Assembly: GCA_963727485.1 (NCBI GenBank)
Contig: CAVSGM010000001.1
Span: 256,001-320,000 of the forward strand
Source: an uncultured delta proteobacterium
GTDB taxonomy: Bacteria; Myxococcota; Myxococcia; SLRQ01
DNA: 64,000 nt
Direction of reading: 5' to 3'
A model generated the notes under the pieces. That model searched no databases. It worked only from the letters and a program-made list of their open reading frames with translations, and was not told the origin of the DNA. A program made the position numbers and the translations under genes. Below are positions 12,038 to 20,328 of this stretch, piece after piece; positions within the stretch are counted from its first letter, which is position 1, and each line of letters begins with the position of its first letter.

Positions 12038-13996
12038 TCACGGCGCCGCCGGCCCGGGGAGGCGCACCGGCACATCGAGGCGGACGGTGACGCCGGTGCC
12101 CGCGGGGAGGGCCAGCACCGGGTGGCCGCCGGCCTCGGTGACCGCGTCGGGGACCAGGAGGCCCGCCCGGCCGTCGGCCCCGAGGGCGGTGCCCTTCAGG
12201 GGGCGGGCGGCGCCGCCGGGGACGACGACGCGGGTGAAGCGGATGGCGAGGCGGTCGCCGGCGGCGCGGGCCTGGCCCCAAAGCCGGGTGCCCCGGGGCA
12301 GGACGACTCGACCGCCGCGGACCACCGAGCGCACCAGACGCACCGAAGTGGGCCGGGCGCCCGTGGAGTCGGTTCCGCCATCGAGGCGGGAGGCGAGCAG
12401 GGTGCCGGCGCGGAGCGTCGCGGGGGCCGGGGCGGAGGCGGGGTGGGGCGCGGCGCCGGGGGCGGGGCCGAGGACCTGGACGGCGGGGGCCGGCGCCGCG
12501 GAAGCGGTGGGGGGCTCGGGGGTCGGCGCCACGCGGGCCCGCTTGGCGCGGGCCCGGGGATGCGCCCGCCGGTGGGTGGCGGCGTGCCGGCGCCGGTGGG
12601 GCGCGGCGGCCGCGGTGGGGCGAGACCGAGGTGGGGTTCGGGCGGCGGGTGTCGCCGGTTGCCTCGCGGGGTGGGGCGCGGTGCTGGGCGCCGCGGGGGC
12701 GGGCGCGGCGACCTTCGGGGTCGGCGTCGAGGTCGCCCTGGTGGGCGCGGGGCCGGTCGTTCCCGGCGTGCGGGAGACGGCCCAGGTGACGCCGGCGGCG
12801 AGGAGGACCGCGGCGCTGAAGACCGCGGGCGTCCGCCACCGGGGCGGGCGGCGGGGGGCCGCGGGCGCCGCCTCGAGGGCCGCGGTCTCCGAGCTCCGGG
12901 GCGAGGCCGGCGCCGATCCCGCTTCGGACGCCGCGCGCTTTCCCTCGGCCCGGGTGTCGCCCGGCTCCGGCGGGGTGGGCACCGAGCGCGGGGGCGGGTC
13001 GCCGGCGCCCGCCGCGTGGGCCCCGCCCGACCCCGGCCGCGGGAGCCTCGCCGTCCCGGGACGGCGGCCGGCGGCCTCCTCGGGGAAGAGTCGGCGCATC
13101 AGGGCCCCGAGGTCGAGGGCCTCCGACGAGTCGGCGTGGGCCAGCACCACGTCCCCGAGGGCGGCGGCCAGGGCCTCGGCGGTGGCGAAGCGCCCGGCGG
13201 GATCCTTGGCCAGGGCCCGGGCCACCAGCGCCTCGAGGTCCGGGGGCACCTCGGCGCGCACCGATTGGAGCGGCGGCGCCTCGAAGCGCTCCACCGCCCG
13301 GAGGATCTCCGCGTCGGACCGCCCGGTGAACAGGGGCTGGCCACTGACGAGCTCCCAGAGCACCACCCCCAGGGCGAAGAGGTCGGTGCGCCCGTCGACG
13401 GCCTCGCCCCGGGCCTGCTCCGGGCTCATGTAGGCGCACTTGCCCTTGATGACCCCGGCGGCGGTGCGGCTGCGGCCGGTGGCGACCTTGGCGATGCCGA
13501 AGTCGGTGAGCTTCACCTCGCCGTCGAAGGACACCAGGACGTTCTGGGGCGACACGTCCCGGTGGACCAGGCCGAGCGGCCGACCGTCGTCGCCCTCGAG
13601 GCCGTGGGCGCAGGCCAGCGCCCGGGCGACCCCCTGGCCCACCAGCGCCGCCTGCACCGGGGTCACCGCCTCGCCGGCGTCGGCGGCGGCGCGCATCACC
13701 CGGCGCAGGTCCTTCCCGCGGATCCACTCCATGACGATGAAGAACGACCCGTCGGCCTCGCCGAAGTCGAAGACCTGGGCGACGTTGGCGTGGGTGAGCT
13801 TCGAGGCCAGGCGCGCCTCGTCGAGGAACATCTCCACCAGCTCCGGGTCGTCGACGAGGTGGGGCAGGATGCGCTTGAGGGCGACCTGCTTCTCGAAGCC
13901 CGCGGCGCCCTCCCGGGTGGCGGCGAAGACCTCCGCCATGCCCCCCGCGGCGAGGCGCCGGCCCAGGCGGTAGGGTCCGAGTCGGGCGGGCTCCAT
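12038..13996 (-). CDS. Membrane Ser/Thr (Hanks) protein kinase with Pro/Ala-rich linker and C-terminal TraM/TrbI/VirB10-like domain
   Basis: AAGGMAEV, VALKRI, HRDVSPQN, DFGIAK, YMSPEQ, DLFALG; TM AVFSAAVLLAAGVTWAV; C-terminal LRAGT...GRVVLPRGTRLWG...RLAIRFTRVVVPGG...GADGRAGL. Confidence 0.88.
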   Translation of the reverse strand: MEPARLGPYRLGRRLAAGGMAEVFAATREGAAGFEKQVALKRILPHLVDDPELVEMFLDEARLASKLTHANVAQVFDFGEADGSFFIVMEWIRGKDLRRVMRAAADAGEAVTPVQAALVGQGVARALACAHGLEGDDGRPLGLVHRDVSPQNVLVSFDGEVKLTDFGIAKVATGRSRTAAGVIKGKCAYMSPEQARGEAVDGRTDLFALGVVLWELVSGQPLFTGRSDAEILRAVERFEAPPLQSVRAEVPPDLEALVARALAKDPAGRFATAEALAAALGDVVLAHADSSEALDLGALMRRLFPEEAAGRRPGTARLPRPGSGGAHAAGAGDPPPRSVPTPPEPGDTRAEGKRAASEAGSAPASPRSSETAALEAAPAAPRRPPRWRTPAVFSAAVLLAAGVTWAVSRTPGTTGPAPTRATSTPTPKVAAPAPAAPSTAPHPARQPATPAARTPPRSRPTAAAAPHRRRHAATHRRAHPRARAKRARVAPTPEPPTASAAPAPAVQVLGPAPGAAPHPASAPAPATLRAGTLLASRLDGGTDSTGARPTSVRLVRSVVRGGRVVLPRGTRLWGQARAAGDRLAIRFTRVVVPGGAARPLKGTALGADGRAGLLVPDAVTEAGGHPVLALPAGTGVTVRLDVPVRLPGPAAP

Positions 13997-14268
13997 CAGG
14001 TCCGATCCCTATCTGATTCCGCCCGCGGTCGCGAGCCCCGCGGGGTCCCGGCCGGGCGGGGGCCTGGACCGGGGCCGACCCCAGCCTACCGCGCCCCCCT
14101 GACATGCCACCGCCTCCCACCCCGGTCCCCCCGGACGGGTCGGGCGCGATGTCTGGGGGTATCCCACATCTTGTACCACTACATGTGGTGCCGAACGCCC
14201 CTGGCGACCCCCAGGGCTCGGGTCCCCCCCGCCCACCGCCGCAAGCTCTCGAAAACCCTTGAAAAAAC

Positions 14269-14335
14269 TTGACCTCCTCGCCCCCGATCGGCACGATTGG
14301 CCCACGTGGTGGGAAGAAGTGGTACGAAGTACCAC
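14269..14335 (+). promoter_or_regulatory. dcw promoter with MraZ-box-like repeats
   Basis: TTGACC(14269)-N17-CACGAT; GTGG at 14309 and 14319 and degenerate GTAC at 14329 (10-bp period). Confidence 0.7.
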
Positions 14336-14350
14336 GACGAGGGCACGCAG

Positions 14351-14788
14351 ATGTTTCGGGGTCAGTACGAGCACACCATCGACGCCAAGGGGCGCGTCAG
14401 CCTGCCGGCCAAGTTCCGGGAGATCGTCGCCGCCCGTGGTTCCGACCGGCTCGTGGTCACCGCCGACGTCGAGCCCTGCCTGCTCGCCTTCGCCCTCGAC
14501 GAGTGGCAGGCCTTCGAGCAGAAGCTCGCCGCCCTGCCCTCCATGGACCGCCGGGTGCGGATGGTGAAGCGCACCCTGGTCGGCCAGGCCCACGAGCTCA
14601 CCGTCGACGGCAACGGCCGGATCCTCCTGCCGCCACCGCTCCGGGAGCACGCCGGTCTCGGCCGCGAGGTGGTGTTCACCGGCCAGATCGACCGCATCGA
14701 GATCTGGAGCCGCGAGGGCTGGGGCCGCGCCCGCGAGGACGTCGACGTGGGCGCCCTCACCGACGCCCTCGAAGGGCTGGGGATCTGA
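14351..14788 (+). CDS. mraZ: Division/cell wall cluster transcriptional repressor MraZ
   Basis: MFRGQYEHTIDAKGRVSLPAKFR, DGNGRILLP, DRIEIW. Confidence 0.97.
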   Translation: MFRGQYEHTIDAKGRVSLPAKFREIVAARGSDRLVVTADVEPCLLAFALDEWQAFEQKLAALPSMDRRVRMVKRTLVGQAHELTVDGNGRILLPPPLREHAGLGREVVFTGQIDRIEIWSREGWGRAREDVDVGALTDALEGLGI

Positions 14789-14811
14789 CGATGCACGGGA
14801 GGGGACCGGTC

Positions 14812-15213
14812 ATGCCGCACATCGCGCACCTGGGGGACGTGGTGGTCGTACGCCCGGAGGGCGACATCAACCACCGGGAGATGGCGGCGGTGAAGAACGC
14901 CATCACCGACCTGATGCGCGAGCGCGAGAGCCGGGTGGTCCTCGACCTCGGCGAGGTCGACCACGTCAACTACATGACCGTGGGGGTCCTGGTGGAGCGC
15001 GCGGGTCGCCTGCGCCGCACCGGGGGCGACCTGCGCCTGGCCGGCCTCTCCGGCTACCTCCAGGACATCTTTCGTTTCAGCGGAGTGCACCACCTCTTCG
15101 CCGCCTACGACACCGTGGTGGAGGCCGTCGCCTCCTTCGCGGGCGAGGCGGCGGGTGTCTCCGCCACCGTTTCTGCCGGCACGAGTGGAAGCTGGGTCCC
15201 GCGGATGCACTGA
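14812..15213 (+). CDS. STAS-domain (anti-sigma antagonist-like) protein
   Basis: VVVVRPEGDI, RVVLDLGEVDHVN, GGDLRLAGLS..LQDIF; alternative start 14791. Confidence 0.85.
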   Translation: MPHIAHLGDVVVVRPEGDINHREMAAVKNAITDLMRERESRVVLDLGEVDHVNYMTVGVLVERAGRLRRTGGDLRLAGLSGYLQDIFRFSGVHHLFAAYDTVVEAVASFAGEAAGVSATVSAGTSGSWVPRMH

Positions 15214-15296
15214 ACTCCGGCGTGGGCGCCCGAGCCTGGACCAGCTCGGGCGCCCGGATTGTTTCCCACATGGACGCCCTGCTTCGAGCCGCCGCG

Positions 15297-16253
15297 ATGG
15301 CGCCGCTGGACCCTTCCACCTTCCGTCATGCCACTGTCCTCCGGGAGGAGGCCGTGGACCTCCTCGCCCCGGTGCTGCACCCGGGCGTGTGGGCCGTGGA
15401 CTGCACCACCGGCGGCGGCGGGCACACCGAGGGGCTGCTGGCCACCGGCTGCGAGGTCCTGGCCCTCGACCGGGATCCCAAAGCGCTGGACGCCGCCCGC
15501 CGGCGCTTCGGCGACGAGCCGAGGCTCCACCTGGTCCACGCCGACTTCCGCGCGCTCGCCGAGGTGGTCCACCGCGAGGCCGGGGGTGAGGTGAAGGGCG
15601 TCCTCGCCGACCTCGGCATCTCCTCGCCCCAGGTCGACGACCCGGCCCGGGGCTTCAGCCTCCGGGGCGACGGGCCCCTGGACATGCGCATGGACCCGAC
15701 CCGGGGCGCCCCCCTGGCCGAGCGGCTGGCCCAGACCGACGAGGCCGAGCTCACCCGTGTCCTCCGGGACCTCGGCGAGGAGCGCCGCGCCCGGCAGGTC
15801 GCCCGGGCCATCCTCCGGGCCCGGGACGCCGACCAGCTCGAGGGCACCGCGGCCCTGGCCGAGGTCGTCGCCCGGGCCGTGGGCCGGAGCGAGGGCCGGA
15901 TCCACCCGGCCACCCGCAGCTTCCAGGCCCTGCGCATCTGGGTGAACGACGAGCTCGGCGCCCTCGACACCCTCCTCGCCGCCCTCCCCGAGGTGCTCTC
16001 CCCCGGGGGCCGCGCGGCGATCATCAGCTTCCACTCCCTCGAGGACCGGCGGGTGAAGCAGGCCTTCCGGGCGCTTTCCACCGGGTGCGTGTGCCCCCCG
16101 GACCTCCCGATCTGCGCCTGCGGCCGGGTCGCCGAGTGGGACGTGCTCACCCGCCGGGCCATCCAGTCGTCGCCGGCCGAGGTCGAGGCCAACCCCCGGG
16201 CCCGGAGCGCGCGCCTGCGGGCGGTGGCGCGAAAGGAGGCGGGCCATGCCTGA
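15297..16253 (+). CDS. rsmH: 16S rRNA m4C1402 methyltransferase
   Basis: VDCTTGGGGH, ADLGISSPQ, PLDMRMD, HPATRSFQALRI, SFHSLEDR, NPRARSARLR; start uncertain (15270 or 15297). Confidence 0.96.
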   Translation: MAPLDPSTFRHATVLREEAVDLLAPVLHPGVWAVDCTTGGGGHTEGLLATGCEVLALDRDPKALDAARRRFGDEPRLHLVHADFRALAEVVHREAGGEVKGVLADLGISSPQVDDPARGFSLRGDGPLDMRMDPTRGAPLAERLAQTDEAELTRVLRDLGEERRARQVARAILRARDADQLEGTAALAEVVARAVGRSEGRIHPATRSFQALRIWVNDELGALDTLLAALPEVLSPGGRAAIISFHSLEDRRVKQAFRALSTGCVCPPDLPICACGRVAEWDVLTRRAIQSSPAEVEANPRARSARLRAVARKEAGHA

Positions 16254-16638
16254 CACCCCGCCGCCGCGCCAGCGGGGCCGGATCGCCGTGGTCCTCCTCG
16301 CCTTCACCTGCCTCGCCGGGGCCGGCCTGTTCCACACCTGGCTGCGGATCCAGGGCCTGAACATGGGCTACCGGCTCTCGGCGGTGACCCACGCCCACAA
16401 GAAGCTCCTCCGGGAGAACGAGGAGCTCAGGCTCGAGGTGGCGACCCTCAAGGCCCCCTCGCGGATCGAGCACCTCGCCCGCACCCGCCTCCACATGGTC
16501 ACCCCCCGCCAGGGCCAGGTGGTCGTGGTCCGGGAGCCGCCCCTGCAACGGGCTCCGACCGCCACCGCCCGGGCCCGGCCCGCCAAGGATGGGCGGGGCG
16601 TCCTCGCTTCCATCGTCGAGGACCTCCATGGCCACTAG
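16246..16638 (+). CDS. ftsL: Cell division protein FtsL
   Basis: TM helix then coiled coil ENEELRLEVATLKAPSRIEHLA; lies between rsmH and ftsI. Confidence 0.85.
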   Translation: MPDTPPPRQRGRIAVVLLAFTCLAGAGLFHTWLRIQGLNMGYRLSAVTHAHKKLLRENEELRLEVATLKAPSRIEHLARTRLHMVTPRQGQVVVVREPPLQRAPTATARARPAKDGRGVLASIVEDLHGH

Positions 16639-18682
16639 GCGCCCGGCGACGCCGACCCCCGGGCGCAACCGGGCCCTGCCGGCCACCGGCCGCGGGGAGA
16701 CGGCCCTCGACCGCCAGGCCCGCAAGTGGGTCCGGCTGCGCATCGGGGTGCTGGCCGTGGCCTTCGCCGCGGCGTTCCTCACCCTCGCCGGCCGGGCGGT
16801 GGACCTCCAGCTGGTCCAGAAGGCCCGGTTCCAGGAGATGGTCGCCGACCAGACCCTCCGGGAGATGGTCCTCACCCCGCGCCGGGGCCGGATCCTCGAT
16901 CGCCACGGGGACCCCCTGGCGGTGTCCGTGGACGTGCCCTCGGTGCGCGCCGACCCCAGCCGGATCCAGGACCTCCAGAGGACCGTCCACGCCCTGGCGA
17001 AGGTCCTCCACCTCGATCCCGGGGCGCTGCGCGACCGCCTGGAGCACGGCCGGTACTTCGCCTGGGTCAAGCGCCGGGTGAGCCCCGAGGAGGCGCAGGC
17101 GGTCAAGGCGCTGAAGCTCCCGGGCATCGGGCTGACCCGCGAGTCCCAGCGCTTCTACCCCCACCGGGAGCTCGCCGCCCAGCTCCTGGGCTTCGCGGGC
17201 ATCGACGGCCACGGCCTCGCCGGCCTCGAGCTCGAGCTCGATCACGCCCTGCGCGGCACCCCACGGTCGGCGAGCGTCCTGCGCGACGCCCACGGCAACC
17301 GCCTCCTCTCCGCCGGGATCCCCGACCCCGAGGCCCTCGACGGCGGCCAGGTCACCCTCACCCTCGACCGCACCCTCCAGTACCTCACCGAGAAGGCCCT
17401 GGGCGAGGCCTACCGGAAGGCCAAGGCCAAGGACGCCATGGCGGTGGTCCTCGACCCCCGGACCGGCGCCATCCTCGCCGCCGCGACCCGGCCCACCTTC
17501 AACCCCAACGACCCCGGCGACTCGGACGACCAGGAGCGCCGGGACCGGATCGTCACCGACATCTACGAGCCCGGGTCGGTGTTCAAGGTCTTCAGCCTCT
17601 CGGCGGCCATGCAGCTGGGCCTGGTGACCCCGGACACGGTCTTCGACTGCGACGAGGGCTCCACGGTCATCGGCGGCCGCGTCATCCACGACTCCCACGA
17701 GCACGGGAAGCTCACCGTCACCCGGATCCTCAAGGTCTCGAGCAACATCGGCGCCTCGAAGGTCGCCGCGCTCACCGGCAAGCAGCGCCTGGTGGACTTC
17801 TACCACCGCTTCGGTTTCGGGGAGCGCACCGGGGTGAAGCTCCCCGGCGAGCAGCCCGGCATCGTCCGCCCGGCCTCGTCCCTCTCCGACGTGGGCCTGG
17901 CGACCATCTCCTTCGGCCAGGGGGTCTCGGCGACGCCGCTGCAGGTGGCCACCGCCCTGGCCGCCGTGGCCAACGGCGGGACGCTGATGCGCCCCTACCT
18001 GGTCAGCCAGGTCCGGGACGACGACGGGAAGGTGGTCTCGAAGCGGGGCCCGGAGGCGGTGCGGCAGGTGATCTCCCGGCACACCGCCCGGGAGATGACG
18101 CAGATGATGGAGACGGTGGTCGAGCCCGGGGGCACCGCGCCGCTGGCCGCCGTCCCCGGCTACGTGGTCGCCGGCAAGACCGGGACCAGCCAGAAGGTCG
18201 ACCCGGTCACCCACGGCTACTCCCTGGAGAAGCGGGTGGGATCCTTCGGGGGCTTTCTCCCCGCGGACGATCCCCGATTGGTGATCCTGGTGGTGATCGA
18301 CGAGCCTTCGGGGGTGAAGTACGGCGGCATCGTCGCAGCCCCTGCGTTCCGGGAGATCGCCGAGAACGCCATGCGTTACCTGGGCATCCCCCCGTCCCGG
18401 CCCGTGGACGACGCCTCGGCCCCCGTGGCCCGGGCGGCGCCTCCCCCGGACGACGGCAGCGACGTGGCGCTGCCCCCGGACCTCACCCCGCCCCCGGCGG
18501 GGAAGACCCTGGTCCCCGACCTCTCGGGCCTCGACCTGCGCCGGGCGGTGGGGCTCCTCGCCTCGCGCCACCTCGAGGCCCGGGTCGACGGCTCGGGCCT
18601 CGTCGCCAAGCAGACCCCCGCCGCCGGCGCCATCGTGAGCCCCGGCCAGTCCGTCGCCCTCACCCTCTCGCCCACCGGTTGA
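16628..18682 (+). CDS. ftsI: Penicillin-binding protein 3 with C-terminal PASTA domain
   Basis: RRGRILDR, YEPGSVFK (SxxK), SSN, GKTGT; VPDLSGL PASTA. Confidence 0.95.
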   Translation: MATRRPATPTPGRNRALPATGRGETALDRQARKWVRLRIGVLAVAFAAAFLTLAGRAVDLQLVQKARFQEMVADQTLREMVLTPRRGRILDRHGDPLAVSVDVPSVRADPSRIQDLQRTVHALAKVLHLDPGALRDRLEHGRYFAWVKRRVSPEEAQAVKALKLPGIGLTRESQRFYPHRELAAQLLGFAGIDGHGLAGLELELDHALRGTPRSASVLRDAHGNRLLSAGIPDPEALDGGQVTLTLDRTLQYLTEKALGEAYRKAKAKDAMAVVLDPRTGAILAAATRPTFNPNDPGDSDDQERRDRIVTDIYEPGSVFKVFSLSAAMQLGLVTPDTVFDCDEGSTVIGGRVIHDSHEHGKLTVTRILKVSSNIGASKVAALTGKQRLVDFYHRFGFGERTGVKLPGEQPGIVRPASSLSDVGLATISFGQGVSATPLQVATALAAVANGGTLMRPYLVSQVRDDDGKVVSKRGPEAVRQVISRHTAREMTQMMETVVEPGGTAPLAAVPGYVVAGKTGTSQKVDPVTHGYSLEKRVGSFGGFLPADDPRLVILVVIDEPSGVKYGGIVAAPAFREIAENAMRYLGIPPSRPVDDASAPVARAAPPPDDGSDVALPPDLTPPPAGKTLVPDLSGLDLRRAVGLLASRHLEARVDGSGLVAKQTPAAGAIVSPGQSVALTLSPTG

Positions 18683-18684
18683 CC

Positions 18685-20244
18685 ATGCGCCTCGACCAGG
18701 TCCTCCACGGCGTCGACGCCGAAGCCCTCGCCGGCCCTCCACCGGACACGGTGGAGGTGCGCGCGGTGGCCAGCGACTCGAGGCAGGCGGGCCCCGGGGT
18801 CCTCTTCGTCGCCGTCCCCGGGACCACCGGCGACGGCCACGCCTACGCCCCCGCGGCGGTGCGCGCCGGGAGCCCGGCGGTGATCGTGGAGCGGCAGGTC
18901 GACGGCCTCGCCCCGGCCACCGTCCTCCGGGTCCCGAGCAGCCGGGTGGCCCTGGGCCAAGCCGCGGCCAACCTCCACCACCGCCCGGGCGAGCGCCTGC
19001 CCCTGGTGGGGGTCACCGGGACCAACGGCAAGACCACGGTGACCTGGCTCCTCGAGGCCATCGCCGCCGCCGCGGGCAGGCGGCCCGGGGTCCTCGGCAC
19101 CACCGGCCACCGCTTCGCCGGCACCACCCGCGCGGCGACCCACACCACCCCCGGCCCCGAGGCCCTCCAGGCCCTCCTCGCCGAGATGCTCGACGCCGGC
19201 GTCGACCTGGGGGTGATGGAGGTCAGCAGCCACGCCCTCGATCAGGCCCGGGTCGAGGGGTGCGCCTTCCGGGTGGCGGCGTTCACCAACCTCACCCGGG
19301 ATCACCTCGACTACCACCCGAGCCTCGAGGCCTACTTCGAGGCCAAGGCGCGCCTCTTCGGCCCCTACCTGGCCGACGGCGGCGCCGCGGTGGTCAGCGC
19401 CGACGACCCGGCGGGGGTGCGCCTCCTCGACCGCCTCGCCGGCCGCCCGGTGCGCCGGATCGCCACCTCGGTGGCCCCGGCCCGCACCGAGCTCGCCGTG
19501 ACCCCCGGCCCCGCCGGCGACGTCGAGTGGGTGCGCGCCGAGTCGGCGCAGGTGGGCCTCGAGGGGATCCGGGCCCAGGTCGCCCTCCCCTCCGGCCGGG
19601 TCCTGGCGCTGACCTCGCCGTTGACCGGGGTCCACAACCTCCAGAACCTCCTCACCGCCGTGGGCCTCGCGGTGGCCCTCGGGCTCCCGGACGACGCCAT
19701 CGCCAGGGGCCTGGCCACCTGCCCCGGGGCCCCCGGGCGCCTTGAGCGGGTCGCCGACAAGGCGTCGCCCCCGCGCCACGTCTTCGTGGACTACGCCCAC
19801 ACCGACGACGCCCTCGCCCGGGTCATCGGGGCCCTCCGGGAGCTCTCGCCCGCCGGCACCCGCCTGGTGGTGGTCTTCGGCTGCGGCGGCGACCGGGACC
19901 CGGGCAAGCGCCCGCTCATGGGGAAGGCCGCCTGCGGGGGCGACACGGTGGTGGTCACCTCGGACAACCCCCGGTCCGAGGATCCCAGGGCCATCATCGA
20001 CGACATCCTCCCGGGGATGGACCCGAACACCCCCCGGGCCGTGGAGCCCGACCGGCGGCGCGCCATCGAGCTGGCGGTGGGCCTCGCCCGCCCCGGCGAC
20101 GTGGTGCTGGTGGCCGGCAAGGGGCACGAGACCACGCAGACCGCGGGCGGTGTCGCCCGCCCCTTCGACGACCGGGTGGTGTGCGCAGGCGCCCTCGCCG
20201 CCGTGGCACCCGGGACACGAGAGGTCGAGAAACCCCAGCCCTGA
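18685..20244 (+). CDS. murE: UDP-MurNAc-tripeptide synthetase (mDAP-type)
   Basis: GVTGTNGKTT, MEVSSHAL, NLTRDHLDYH, DYAHT, FGCGGDRD, SDNPR. Confidence 0.95.
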   Translation: MRLDQVLHGVDAEALAGPPPDTVEVRAVASDSRQAGPGVLFVAVPGTTGDGHAYAPAAVRAGSPAVIVERQVDGLAPATVLRVPSSRVALGQAAANLHHRPGERLPLVGVTGTNGKTTVTWLLEAIAAAAGRRPGVLGTTGHRFAGTTRAATHTTPGPEALQALLAEMLDAGVDLGVMEVSSHALDQARVEGCAFRVAAFTNLTRDHLDYHPSLEAYFEAKARLFGPYLADGGAAVVSADDPAGVRLLDRLAGRPVRRIATSVAPARTELAVTPGPAGDVEWVRAESAQVGLEGIRAQVALPSGRVLALTSPLTGVHNLQNLLTAVGLAVALGLPDDAIARGLATCPGAPGRLERVADKASPPRHVFVDYAHTDDALARVIGALRELSPAGTRLVVVFGCGGDRDPGKRPLMGKAACGGDTVVVTSDNPRSEDPRAIIDDILPGMDPNTPRAVEPDRRRAIELAVGLARPGDVVLVAGKGHETTQTAGGVARPFDDRVVCAGALAAVAPGTREVEKPQP

Positions 20245-20328
20245 CGCCCGGGTCCGCCCTGGCGCAGAGGCTGCAAACCATAGGATGACCGCACCCGCCG
20301 GGTGCAACAGGTCGCGACAGAGACGTAC

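Noticed and set aside
11068..13996. Integrated conjugative element or complete T4SS
   Set aside because: No ATPases, relaxase, integrase, att repeats or obvious compositional shift in the window.
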